DNA of 64,000 bases, from assembly GCA_028280785.1 (NCBI GenBank), contig JANQLF010000116.1:6581-70580 (forward strand). Reading direction: 5' to 3'. Positions within the stretch are counted from its first letter, which is position 1. Every line of letters begins with the position of its first letter. The notes under the pieces are model-generated. The model was not told the origin of the DNA. It did not search any database and saw only the letters and a list, made by a program, of their open reading frames with translations. This document shows, in pieces, positions 1-9,344 of this stretch. The position numbers and the translations under genes are program-made. The DNA comes from Planctomycetota bacterium. Its GTDB lineage: Bacteria; Planctomycetota; UBA11346.

Positions 1-199
1 TGGCAGAGACTTGATCGACAATCCAATTATCGGCGGCATCAAAATCATCATCAACCACTTCTAAGCGGATACTTGGGTCATTGGGCATATTCATCCATTG
101 ATTCGCAACGACATATACCATCAGTTCGAAACGCTTCGCAACTGCGTAGCATTCATTTTTGACCGGGCAGGCGTCGGCATCAATATAAATAGTAACCAT
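1..199 (-). CDS. YaiI/YqxD (UPF0178) family protein, 3' end truncated by window edge
   Basis: Manual translation from cat at 197-199: MVTIYIDADACPVKNECYAVAKRFELMVYVVAN...DAADNWIV. The IxxDADACPVK and DAADxxI motifs are typical of UPF0178. Not in the ORF track. Confidence 0.85.
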   Translation of the reverse strand, partial: MVTIYIDADACPVKNECYAVAKRFELMVYVVANQWMNMPNDPSIRLEVVDDDFDAADNWIVDQVSA

Positions 200-240
200 G
201 TATGCATGCTCGCGCTAAAAATGTAACAGCAAGACTTGGT

Positions 241-600
241 TTATAGGTGTGATAATTTTTCAGTAATAATGTTGATGAATGAACGGCTATTGCTGTGCTG
301 GGCAATAGCTGTGGCATCTAGGAAAATGATGAGTTCTGATTCATTTGCTTGTTGCAATATTACTGGGTAATCAAATTGTTCAGAGTAAGTCTGCTCGAAT
401 TCATCTTTATGTAAAAAGATAAATTCATGTTCACTTTGCTGACGAAATGCTTTCCATTCATCGCGCTCGCTCAATGTACTATGCGTTAACTGACATAATT
501 GACATTGATAGGTGCCGGGGCTGATGATTTTGTGTGCGATATCGAGCGCTGCGTTCATTTTACCGCTATTGGCGTTATACACAAAGATGAGCTTAGCCAT
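241..600 (-). CDS. Conserved hypothetical protein (LIFVYNAxSG...YxCxLCxLTH family)
   Basis: Likely start MAKLIFVYNANSG at 600, overlapping the AraC stop (translational coupling). Contains a CxLC motif. Confidence 0.7.
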   Translation of the reverse strand: MAKLIFVYNANSGKMNAALDIAHKIISPGTYQCQLCQLTHSTLSERDEWKAFRQQSEHEFIFLHKDEFEQTYSEQFDYPVILQQANESELIIFLDATAIAQHSNSRSFINIITEKLSHL

Positions 601-1462
601 TAGATAATTTACGATCTGCCTTGGGGCTGTGTTTGAAGTATTTTTTATACACACGGGCAAAATAGTTGGAGTCATTGATGCCGACTTCTTTGGCGATGTC
701 GCTAACACGTTTTTCGGTGCTTTGCAATAATTCCTGGGCGCGTCGCAGACGTCGTTGCAACAAGTAGTGCATTGGGCTACAGCTAAAGCAGCGCTGAAAA
801 TAACGATTCAAAGTGCTGACCGACATAGCGGCTTTATTACTGAGTTGTTCTAAATTAATTGACGTGGCATAATTAGTATCGATGTAACGCAGCACGTCCT
901 CTAATTGCAAGAGTGCATCATGTTGATGCGAACTGTGCTGGCTATGCTCGCGTGCACATTCTATTAATAATAAATCAAGGCGATGCCTAATGCTTTGTTG
1001 ATAGCCGGGTAATTGTTCTTCGAGTTCGCGGCGCATATCTTGAATAGACTGCATCATACGTAAACGCGTTTCATCATCGATATGTAAATGGCTGCTAAAA
1101 TCATGTTGGGTGCGCAATAAGGGTTCCAGCGCAATAAATGCATTAAAGCCAGGTATCGAACGTAATTGATTGCGTTCGCACCAGGCAGCATCAATACACA
1201 AATTAATTAAATCTAAATCTTGGCATTGTTCGTAGCCGTGCTCCATGAATGGCGGGATCACAAAAACATCACCGGCTTGAATCGGCCAAGCATCATCGCG
1301 CAGTAAATGCACGCCTTCACCACCAGTAATGATGACGAGTTCGACATAGTCGTGACGATGGAGGCTGAGTTCATCCTGTGGTTCCATGAAGACCAGGCCG
1401 ACAGGGCTCTCCTGATCGTGGAGCATCAGCACCGGCGAATTCGTTTCCCTAGTGTATACCAT
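593..1462 (-). CDS. AraC family transcriptional regulator (RhaR/RhaS-like)
   Basis: N-terminal cupin (LHRHDYVEL, GDVFVIPP...HGY) and C-terminal double HTH (IAKEVGINDSNYFARVYKK). Divergent from the GH78 gene. Confidence 0.92.
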   Translation of the reverse strand: MVYTRETNSPVLMLHDQESPVGLVFMEPQDELSLHRHDYVELVIITGGEGVHLLRDDAWPIQAGDVFVIPPFMEHGYEQCQDLDLINLCIDAAWCERNQLRSIPGFNAFIALEPLLRTQHDFSSHLHIDDETRLRMMQSIQDMRRELEEQLPGYQQSIRHRLDLLLIECAREHSQHSSHQHDALLQLEDVLRYIDTNYATSINLEQLSNKAAMSVSTLNRYFQRCFSCSPMHYLLQRRLRRAQELLQSTEKRVSDIAKEVGINDSNYFARVYKKYFKHSPKADRKLSNG

Positions 1463-1515
1463 GACAAGATTATGCTATAAACTTGCAAATAATGACAACA
1501 AATTACTCATAGATC

Positions 1516-1524
1516 TGCTATAAT
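1516..1524 (+). promoter_or_regulatory. Extended -10 promoter element (TGcTATAAT) for the rhamnosidase gene
   Basis: Perfect TATAAT with upstream TG, followed by an AGGAG RBS before ATG 1545. ATGACAA direct repeats at 1461 and 1492. Confidence 0.6.
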
Positions 1525-1544
1525 GGCTGTTCAGGAGCAAAGTT

Positions 1545-4220
1545 ATGGAAGCAGTGTGTTTACGTCTCGAGAGCCTAGAGAACCCAATTGGTATAGATGA
1601 AGTGCAGCCACGTTTTTCGTGGCAGGTACAGGCAGATGGATTTGCTGCGCATCAAAGTGCTTACCAGATTCAGGTTGCTGATGAACATGGCGATGTATGG
1701 GATTCGGGGAAAATTGATTCAGATCTCAGTCATCATATTCGTTATGCTGGTGAAGCCTTGTCTCCTCTTACACGTTATCAGTGGCAGGTAAAAATTTGGG
1801 ATGCAGCTGGTAATGAAAGTGAATGGGCAAGAGCAGAATTTGTAACGGCTGTCTATGAAAACCACGAGTGGCAGGCAGATTGGATTCATTATCCACTCGT
1901 TAATATGCTGCCATCTGAATATGTGCGTCGCTCTTTTAAGATTAATAAAGAAATTAAATCAGCATTTTTAGTAATGACCGCCAAAGGTGTATTCGATCCG
2001 TATCTTAATGGACAACGCATTTGTGATGATTATTTATCACCTGGTTGGACTGATTATTTTAAACGCCAACATTATCGTGTTTATGATGTGAAAGAACATT
2101 TAGGGCAAGGTGAGCAATATCTCGGTGCGATTGTTGCAGAAGGTTGGTATGCCGGTCAAGTCGGTTCGCATCGTCCGAATATCTATAGTAATTTAACCTA
2201 TCTTTTAGCTGAATTGCATATTACTTACAGCGATGGCAGCACCGAACAAATTGTTACCGACGATAAGTGGGAAATGTCTCATGGTGCTTATCTGCAAGCC
2301 AGTATTATGCATGGTGAACACTACGATGCTCGCCTTGAACTAACTGATTGGTGTAAGGGTGGTGAAAAAGGGAATTGGAAGCCGGTTACGGTTAAATCAT
2401 TTAAAGATGCCCAAGAACGGACTTGGGATCGCAATGAGCCAGTTGCCTTATCAACAAATTTGCGCGCGCACCCAGGTGTGCCTGTTCGTGCTATAGAAAC
2501 GTTTCAAGCGAAAAAAGTGCACGAGGCAGAAGCCGGTGCGTATATTTATGATTTTGAACAAAACCTAGCAGGTGTGGTACGTTTACATTTAGATTTGCCA
2601 GCTGGTACCTGTTTGCGTTTACGTCATGCCGAAATGATTACACCAGAAGGTAGCATGTACGTTGAAAACTTACGTTCAGCGGTGGCTACTGATATTTATA
2701 TCTGCAAAGGTGGCGGTGAAATTTATGACCCACGTTTTACCTTTCATGGTTTCCGCTATGTCGAAATCAGCGGTATTAATCAGCCATTGGATTTAGATAA
2801 GGTTGAAGTGGTAGCGCTCGGTTCGGATACGCCGGATGCAGGGACATTCTCGTGTTCCAATGACATGCTCAATCAATTGCAATCGAATATTCGTTGGACC
2901 CAACGTGCAAATTTCTTGGAAATTCCTACTGACTGCCCACAGCGTGACGAGCGTTTAGGTTGGACTGGTGATGCCCAGGTATTTATTTCAACAGCCTGTG
3001 CGAATGCTGATGTCGAATCGTTTTTCCGTAAATGGCTCAACGATATGGAAGATAGCCAACGCGAAGATGGAACCCTTCCCAATGTTATTCCCGCAACACC
3101 AATGGGTGGCAACGCTGATGCAGCCTGGGGCGATGCGATAACCGTCTGTCCGACTGATTTATATACGGCTTATGGTGATCCAGAATTATTGGCCGATTGG
3201 TATCCACGTATGAAAGCCTTCTGTGAATATTATCAATTGAATATTCAAGAAGACGGTACGCGTGGTGGCACCTTTTGTTTTGGTGACTGGTTAGCACTTG
3301 ATGTTGAAGATTTTACCCAATGTGGTGGTGGTACGCCGAAAGATTTAATTCAAACAGCTTTTTATAATTGGTCGTTCCGTTTAACTGCGCAAGCCGCTCG
3401 TCATGCTGGCAAAGAAGACGAAGCCAAAGATTTAGAAGAACGTGCAGCCAAAGCAGCGGCGGCCTTCGATAAAAAATACTTTGATGCAGATGGTAAAAGT
3501 CACTGCGATACCCAAACGTCGTATGTCTTGGCTTTGCACTTTGAATTAATTCCTGAGGAAAAGCGTCAAGCAGCTGTGAAACACTTGGTCGATAATATTC
3601 ATCGTCATGACGATCACATCACCACTGGTTTTGTAGGTGTTTCGTATTTATTACCAACTTTGGCTAAATACGGTGAATTAGATATCGCTTATAAACTACT
3701 CGAAAATAAAACCTTCCCAAGCTGGGGTTACTCCATTGAAAATGGTGCGACGACTATTTGGGAACGCTGGAATGGTTGGGTGAAGGATGTTGGACCAGGT
3801 GATCCAAATATGAACTCGTATAGTCATTATGCCTACGGTTCGGTTGGTGCATTTATGTATGGCACGCTCGCTGGTTTAAAACCGCTTGAGCCAGGATTTA
3901 AAAAGGCATCGCTAGCGCCGTATCCAGGTGGAACGATTACTCAAGCTGCTTACACCTACGACAGTATTGTTGGTCAATGGCAGATTGATTGGGTACAGAA
4001 AGACGAGGCCTTTGATTGTGCTTTTAGCATTCCTGCGAACACCAGCGCGCTGGTTTCACTACCGGTTGCGAGTCCTGAGCAAATTCAGATTAATGGCCAG
4101 GCACTCAGTGAGCATCAGGGCATCAGCAATATTGCTGTAGTTGATGGTCGTGTGCAGTTTGATGCCCAGTCAGGTAGCTATGAAACACACGCCGCATTAG
4201 CGCTGAGTGCACAAGCTTAA
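1545..4220 (+). CDS. Alpha-L-rhamnosidase, glycoside hydrolase family 78
   Basis: Motifs PRFSW, DFEQNLAG, FTFHGFRYVE, PTDCPQRDERLGWTGDAQ, GATTIWERW, MNSYSHYAYG. No obvious signal peptide. Confidence 0.93.
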   Translation: MEAVCLRLESLENPIGIDEVQPRFSWQVQADGFAAHQSAYQIQVADEHGDVWDSGKIDSDLSHHIRYAGEALSPLTRYQWQVKIWDAAGNESEWARAEFVTAVYENHEWQADWIHYPLVNMLPSEYVRRSFKINKEIKSAFLVMTAKGVFDPYLNGQRICDDYLSPGWTDYFKRQHYRVYDVKEHLGQGEQYLGAIVAEGWYAGQVGSHRPNIYSNLTYLLAELHITYSDGSTEQIVTDDKWEMSHGAYLQASIMHGEHYDARLELTDWCKGGEKGNWKPVTVKSFKDAQERTWDRNEPVALSTNLRAHPGVPVRAIETFQAKKVHEAEAGAYIYDFEQNLAGVVRLHLDLPAGTCLRLRHAEMITPEGSMYVENLRSAVATDIYICKGGGEIYDPRFTFHGFRYVEISGINQPLDLDKVEVVALGSDTPDAGTFSCSNDMLNQLQSNIRWTQRANFLEIPTDCPQRDERLGWTGDAQVFISTACANADVESFFRKWLNDMEDSQREDGTLPNVIPATPMGGNADAAWGDAITVCPTDLYTAYGDPELLADWYPRMKAFCEYYQLNIQEDGTRGGTFCFGDWLALDVEDFTQCGGGTPKDLIQTAFYNWSFRLTAQAARHAGKEDEAKDLEERAAKAAAAFDKKYFDADGKSHCDTQTSYVLALHFELIPEEKRQAAVKHLVDNIHRHDDHITTGFVGVSYLLPTLAKYGELDIAYKLLENKTFPSWGYSIENGATTIWERWNGWVKDVGPGDPNMNSYSHYAYGSVGAFMYGTLAGLKPLEPGFKKASLAPYPGGTITQAAYTYDSIVGQWQIDWVQKDEAFDCAFSIPANTSALVSLPVASPEQIQINGQALSEHQGISNIAVVDGRVQFDAQSGSYETHAALALSAQA

Positions 4221-4362
4221 TCGAATTGCATGCAAATTGTGAATATGCAAACAATGCTTCAATAAAGACTTACGCCAGATCATCATAGTCTGCGCGTAAG
4301 TCTTACATTTAGTGAGTTGGAAAAAAAGCCATGGCGCAAAGAATAGGCAACGGAGCTTATCT

Positions 4363-6144
4363 ATGCGCCTCTTTTTTGTCCTAGTCAATATCGTTTTTGC
4401 ACTACATCTTTATGCAGCTGACGAAATTATTCCTGGTGTTAAAGATCCAGGCATTGAAACACGTCAAAAATTAAAAGAGAAATTCTTATTTAATTATTTC
4501 TCTTTAGGTACCACTGCGCCAATCGAATGGTTTGTCGAAACCCGCAACCAAAATGGCTGTAAGTGGCATTTCCGTCAGCAATATTTTTCGGGTGGTGCTG
4601 GATGGGATGGCAAAAAAGGCTCATGGGATACGGTCTTTTTACATAATTGGAATAAATGGGTTAATCCTGAAAAACGCAAAGGCGTGTGGGCCGAAAAATT
4701 TATTGAGCCAACGATTAAAGAAGGATTTATACCGTGGGTAACCATGTACAATTTAGCCCAAAGCTATCCTGCTGATTATAAACCAGGTCCTGCCCAGGCC
4801 TGTCCAGTTAACGCCAAAAATACCACAACTATGCGTGCCTATTGGGAGCAGGTTAAATTAATCATGCAAATCTGCGATAAATTTAAACCGCATCCGATTG
4901 TCTTACATGTTGAACCTGATGAGTGGGGTCATTTATTATTGCATGCTACCTCAGCGAGAATGGATGCAATGAGTGTTGATGTCAAAGTTGGTAGTACGGG
5001 TATGCCAGAGATGGAAGGTTTAGAAGATAATCTACGTGGCTATTCACATGCGTGGTTAAAATTACGCGCTATGTATGCACCAAGCAATGTCATTTTAATT
5101 ACCAACCCATCGGCGTGGGATCAAAATGGCAGTATGACTGCAGCGGCGTGGATAAAGGTGTGTAAAGATGCAGACGTTTTAAAATGGGATGCGGCGGTTT
5201 TAGAAACTGGCGACCGTGATATCGGTTGTACCCCAGGCGCAGGAAAAGGACCTCCCTATGCAACGGTCGATACCACTGGCAGTCATTTTACTAATTTAGA
5301 TGAACAAATGCGCTGGATAGCTGCATTTACTAAGGGGACAAAGTTGCCGGTTTATTTTTGGCAAGTTGGTTTAGGTAATTTTTATTATCGTTCCTGTAAT
5401 CAAACCCATGGTCATTTTTGTGATCGCATTGCCCAAGGTTTGCTTGAAGGGTATCCGAAAAATCCGCAGATTAGTAAGTATGTGAAAATAGGTTGTTACG
5501 GCTTCGTCTTTTCACCAGGGCAAGCCCATCAAACCCATTGCTACGATTATAAAAAAGATGGCATCACCAACCCCGATCCGATTACTGGTAATTTAGGGCA
5601 TATGGCAAAATACGCTGATGATGATGGTGGTTACATGCGTGAGCGCGCCGGTATGTATTACAAAGATCCGTATCCGATTTTGGCTGAGCGCAAAGAAACA
5701 AAGAAGAAAAAAGAAAAGAAAGAACGCAAAAAGAGAGAAAAGAAAAAGGTTGTTAAAAAAGTTGCGCCAAAACCTAGTGACGAAGCATGGAAGAAATGGT
5801 CGGCCTATTTAAAACAGCGCGCCATGGTGGCCTGCGATGCCGGCAAACGTCCAATCTTTACCTTTAGCATGTTGAAGAAAGAAGTCGAATTGCGTAAGGT
5901 CGGTGACAAGTGCGAGTTGTTTGTTCCGGCAATGAAGTCAGAGATGACCTACGATATCTTCAAGCGTTTGAAACCGGCTGATGGCAGTAATTTAGCCAAA
6001 GCTATTTTAGATAAGTCGAACGCTGAAGATAATGCGATGCTTGGATTTTTCTTAACCTGCGAAGGGAAAGAGTCTGACGCCAAGGGCTATTTATTTAAAA
6101 GCACCGAGGCCCTACGCGAAGAGGTGGCTGGGGCGTTTAAGTAA
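4363..6144 (+). CDS. Secreted hypothetical protein, possible glycoside-hydrolase-like domain plus Lys-rich linker and C-terminal domain
   Basis: Signal peptide MRLFFVLVNIVFALHLYA. Trp/Tyr-rich core with LHVEPDEWG. KKKKEKKERKKREKKK linker. Confidence 0.6.
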   Translation: MRLFFVLVNIVFALHLYAADEIIPGVKDPGIETRQKLKEKFLFNYFSLGTTAPIEWFVETRNQNGCKWHFRQQYFSGGAGWDGKKGSWDTVFLHNWNKWVNPEKRKGVWAEKFIEPTIKEGFIPWVTMYNLAQSYPADYKPGPAQACPVNAKNTTTMRAYWEQVKLIMQICDKFKPHPIVLHVEPDEWGHLLLHATSARMDAMSVDVKVGSTGMPEMEGLEDNLRGYSHAWLKLRAMYAPSNVILITNPSAWDQNGSMTAAAWIKVCKDADVLKWDAAVLETGDRDIGCTPGAGKGPPYATVDTTGSHFTNLDEQMRWIAAFTKGTKLPVYFWQVGLGNFYYRSCNQTHGHFCDRIAQGLLEGYPKNPQISKYVKIGCYGFVFSPGQAHQTHCYDYKKDGITNPDPITGNLGHMAKYADDDGGYMRERAGMYYKDPYPILAERKETKKKKEKKERKKREKKKVVKKVAPKPSDEAWKKWSAYLKQRAMVACDAGKRPIFTFSMLKKEVELRKVGDKCELFVPAMKSEMTYDIFKRLKPADGSNLAKAILDKSNAEDNAMLGFFLTCEGKESDAKGYLFKSTEALREEVAGAFK

Positions 6145-6484
6145 TTTCGTCAGAGGATGCTTCCTCACCGATTCCCAATATCTCGCAGCCGCGTTCAAAC
6201 TCGCTGTTATGCAGGGCTATACTAGTGATATTTCCACGGCGAATATCTGGATGTAGCCCAGCTTCTTGTAATGCGTTGAGATCTGCTTGAAACTCATATT
6301 GCTGTACTGATCCCGCATAAGATTTAATGATGGACGAATTCGACCAGTATTCGTCGTTTTCATCCTCATCTGGAATATCTGGAATATTGACGAGCTCATG
6401 CTTGCCTGTCATAAATTTATAAGCAACAATAGCGAAAATAACTAATAATATGATTGCTCTATAAATTGGCCTAAAATCATCCAT
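6137..6484 (-). CDS. Hypothetical membrane-anchored protein
   Basis: Start MDDFRP, one hydrophobic helix (AIILLVIFAIVAY), acidic soluble domain. Confidence 0.55.
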   Translation of the reverse strand: MDDFRPIYRAIILLVIFAIVAYKFMTGKHELVNIPDIPDEDENDEYWSNSSIIKSYAGSVQQYEFQADLNALQEAGLHPDIRRGNITSIALHNSEFERGCEILGIGEEASSDEIT

Positions 6485-6609
6485 ATTATAAGTTTGTATG
6501 AAAAATGGCTTTGTATTCAATGAATATATGCAGCATTGTGTATATCTTGTATACAAGAAGTCTAATTGTCTGCGATTTTTGAACCGATAGGATCATCTCA
6601 GGAGCTCAG

Positions 6610-6990
6610 ATGGCCCAAGGACGAAATGTACTCGGTGGTGAATTGAAGTGTTGTTGTACTGATCCAATGACTGGTTTTTACCGAACCGGTTATTGCGAAA
6701 CAGGTGAGCAAGATCGCGGTGTCCACGTCGTTTGTATTGAAGCGACTGAAGAATTCTTGGAGTTCTCCGCATCCGTTGGTAATGACCTATCAACACCAAT
6801 GCCACAGTATCGTTTTCCGGGTATAAAACCGGGTGATCATTGGTGTTTGTGCGCACGCCGTTGGCAAGAAGCATTCGAAGCAGGTTGTGCACCAGCAGTA
6901 GACTTAGAGGCAACGCATATGGCTGCACTGGAATTTGTTGATTTAAAAGATTTGAAGGAGCATGCGCTCCCGAGTGCAAGTGATAATTAA
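6610..6990 (+). CDS. DUF2237 family protein
   Basis: NVLGGEL..CC.DPMTGFYRTGYC, H.VC, NDLSTP.P...FPG.KPGD.WCLCA.RW, ATH. AGGAG RBS. Confidence 0.9.
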   Translation: MAQGRNVLGGELKCCCTDPMTGFYRTGYCETGEQDRGVHVVCIEATEEFLEFSASVGNDLSTPMPQYRFPGIKPGDHWCLCARRWQEAFEAGCAPAVDLEATHMAALEFVDLKDLKEHALPSASDN

Positions 6991-6995
6991 TTGTC

Positions 6996-7409
6996 ATGAT
7001 TGGGTTTCAGGCTTTAAATAATATTATGTTTAGACTTGAAAAACATGAGTCTTGGTTGGCGTACGTTCTTTGGCCATTCGTTATGTGGTTTTTCTTTATT
7101 GCCTTCAACAATTTCCAAACTTTTTTGTATGCATTGTGGTCATCAAACGATAGCGACTATTTAAATAGGTACCGAGAGTTGCCGAGTTTATGTTGGCGGA
7201 TACTGGAGCGCCTATCATTTAATTACATTTGGATTATCTACTTATTGTTTGTTTATATACTTGTATTATTATTCGGACAATTATTTAAACACCATAAATT
7301 TTATTATAAATGCATCAACCTATCTTTTATTATGTTCTTTGTAATTACAACTTTTTTAATGATTAATTTGCTGCTCACGCCACTTGGCGCCGTTCGTATG
7401 GCAGGTTAA
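6996..7409 (+). CDS. Hypothetical integral membrane protein (about 3 TM)
   Basis: Three hydrophobic stretches. AT-rich ORF filling the gap exactly between its neighbours. Confidence 0.5.
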   Translation: MIGFQALNNIMFRLEKHESWLAYVLWPFVMWFFFIAFNNFQTFLYALWSSNDSDYLNRYRELPSLCWRILERLSFNYIWIIYLLFVYILVLLFGQLFKHHKFYYKCINLSFIMFFVITTFLMINLLLTPLGAVRMAG

Positions 7410-8221
7410 TTCCTGGCGCGTGGAGAAAGTCCCTGCAACTTGCGAAATGAGCCTGGACTCATGTTGCGATGCCGTTTAAAAATACGGCTAAAATGGTATT
7501 GATCACAAAAGCCGCATAATTCTGCCACATCATCCAGGGTATTGGTGTCATCAAGCAAGAGTTCTTGGGCATGATCGAGGCGACACTGTAAACGAAATTG
7601 TTGAGGTGAGATACCGGCTTCTTTTTTAAAGCGTTTACGAAAGACTTGCTCGCTCATATTAAATTTTGTAGCAACGCCTTCGAGACTTAATTCTTCGCCA
7701 AGATGTGCAGATAATTCTGCACAAACTTGTTCGCGCCATTGAATAAAGCTGTCTTGTTGACGTTGGTGCAAATGTCGTGCTTCGGCTATGAGTGCATGCA
7801 ATCGACCAAATAATAAATGTTCATCACTTTGTAAGCGTCCTGCTTGTACATCTGCAACAAGACTGACAAAATCTTGTCTGAAATGTGAATCAGATCCGGT
7901 ATGCCAAATCGGTTCGCTGCGTGTGTAGAGTTCTTGATCTTCTAATAATGAAAAAAGCGGACCATTAAAAACGACATAATGTTCGGACCACAATGGATCT
8001 TGTGCGCGTCTGCCATAGCGATGGTAAAGACCTGGAAATAAAACTAAAACATCGCCAGCACTGACTTGTTGTTCAAAGCCATTGCCATCGGCGTAGTAAC
8101 CGCCACCAGCATCGATCAGAACCAAAGCATAGGAGCCGAGATCACGACCTTTGGCACCTTGCGGCCAGTAGGCGAGGCCCTTGCTGCGGATGCTGCCAGT
8201 CATCGAGATCTCATTGTTCAT
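7406..8221 (-). CDS. AraC family transcriptional regulator
   Basis: AraC-binding domain (AGDVLVLFPGLYHRY) and HTH (VAELCGFCDQYHFSRIFK). Probable start MNNEIS at 8221. Confidence 0.9.
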   Translation of the reverse strand: MNNEISMTGSIRSKGLAYWPQGAKGRDLGSYALVLIDAGGGYYADGNGFEQQVSAGDVLVLFPGLYHRYGRRAQDPLWSEHYVVFNGPLFSLLEDQELYTRSEPIWHTGSDSHFRQDFVSLVADVQAGRLQSDEHLLFGRLHALIAEARHLHQRQQDSFIQWREQVCAELSAHLGEELSLEGVATKFNMSEQVFRKRFKKEAGISPQQFRLQCRLDHAQELLLDDTNTLDDVAELCGFCDQYHFSRIFKRHRNMSPGSFRKLQGLSPRARN

Positions 8222-8285
8222 GCCGGATATCGTACCAAAAAACACAAATAGTGAAACACAAAACCCATTTTTGGCCAAATTTTGC

Positions 8286-8294
8286 TGATAGAAT
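8286..8294 (+). promoter_or_regulatory. Extended -10 element (TGaTAGAAT) for the PhyH gene
   Basis: TGnTAGAAT about 30 nt upstream of ATG 8324, with an AAGGAG RBS. Confidence 0.5.
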
Positions 8295-8323
8295 GGAACC
8301 GCTATACACAAAGGAGTTTATAG

Positions 8324-9229
8324 ATGTCTCAACCGATTCTGACCCTCGGCAAACAAGACGTACAATTTGGTGGTGAGCACTTACAAGACATGCGCTCGAG
8401 CTATCCCGATGAAGATGTTCAAGTCCTACGTCAACGTTTAGCTGAAGACGGTTATATTTGTGTACGCGGTTTGATTCCTCGCGACGCGGTTATGGCTGCA
8501 CGAAAAGTCTTATTCGATCAAATGAAAGCTGATGATGCTTTAACCCAAGAATGCACGATCGATGAACCGCGAGGTAGCGGTAAAAGTTACATGGGTCAAA
8601 AACACGTGACGCATCATCAAGACTTTTTAGGCATGGTCGAAAACCAGGCTCTGTATAATTTCTTTGATCGTTTATTTGATGAAGCCTCCGTTACCTTTGA
8701 TTATAAATGGGCACGCGCGGTACCGAAGGGTGCTGCTGGTACCCAAGCACATATGGATGTGGTTTATATGGGTCGTGGTTCGCAGGAATTAAAAACCTGT
8801 TGGATACCAATTGGCGATATTCCAATTGAAAATGGTCCAATGGCAGTCTTGCCAAAAAGCCACAATAGTTCAGCAACCCAACGCATTCGTGAAACCTATG
8901 GAGCCATGGATGTCGATCGCGATCACATTCAAGGTTGGTTTAGTGATAATTATTTAGAATTATCAGAATTAGTCGAACACCCGTGGGTAAGTAGCAGTTT
9001 TGAAGCAGGCGACGTAGTGATTATGGGCATGTATTTAATGCACGGCAGCATTCAAAATAAAACTGATCGCGTGCGCTTTACGGTTGATACTCGCTTCCAA
9101 GAACGCTCAGCGCCAATTGACGAACGTTGGGTTGGTGAAAATCCGATTGCCCACCGTGAGTGGTGGCGTTCGCAGCAGGATGGGACTGCTAAATCAATCG
9201 AGGAATCTCGAGCTGAGTGGGGTGTTTAG
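8324..9229 (+). CDS. Phytanoyl-CoA dioxygenase (PhyH) family Fe(II)/2-oxoglutarate dioxygenase
   Basis: DGYICVRG, HxD (AHMD), WIPIGD...NGPM.VLP.SH, GDVVI...HGS, distal R. Confidence 0.88.
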   Translation: MSQPILTLGKQDVQFGGEHLQDMRSSYPDEDVQVLRQRLAEDGYICVRGLIPRDAVMAARKVLFDQMKADDALTQECTIDEPRGSGKSYMGQKHVTHHQDFLGMVENQALYNFFDRLFDEASVTFDYKWARAVPKGAAGTQAHMDVVYMGRGSQELKTCWIPIGDIPIENGPMAVLPKSHNSSATQRIRETYGAMDVDRDHIQGWFSDNYLELSELVEHPWVSSSFEAGDVVIMGMYLMHGSIQNKTDRVRFTVDTRFQERSAPIDERWVGENPIAHREWWRSQQDGTAKSIEESRAEWGV

Positions 9230-9238
9230 GGTAGTTTC

Positions 9239-9270
9239 TAGTACTAGTACTAGATCTAGTACTAGTACTA
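9239..9270. repeat. Perfect 32-bp palindrome built from TAGTAC hexamers
   Basis: tagtactagtactagatctagtactagtacta equals its own reverse complement. It lies 10 nt after the PhyH stop. Confidence 0.9.
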
Positions 9271-9344
9271 AATTCTAAAAACCATAACAAACACCCTTTG
9301 AACCTGACTTGCGGACTGGTGGTCGCGCACAACATGTGCGACCG

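Noticed and set aside
5690-5765. A-rich low-complexity tract as a phase-variation site
   Set aside because: It encodes an in-frame Lys/Glu linker with no long homopolymer or perfect microsatellite.
9321-9343. Hairpin ggtcgcgca-caaca-tgtgcgacc just before the D-lactate dehydrogenase start, as a riboswitch
   Set aside because: A single short stem with no recognisable aptamer consensus.
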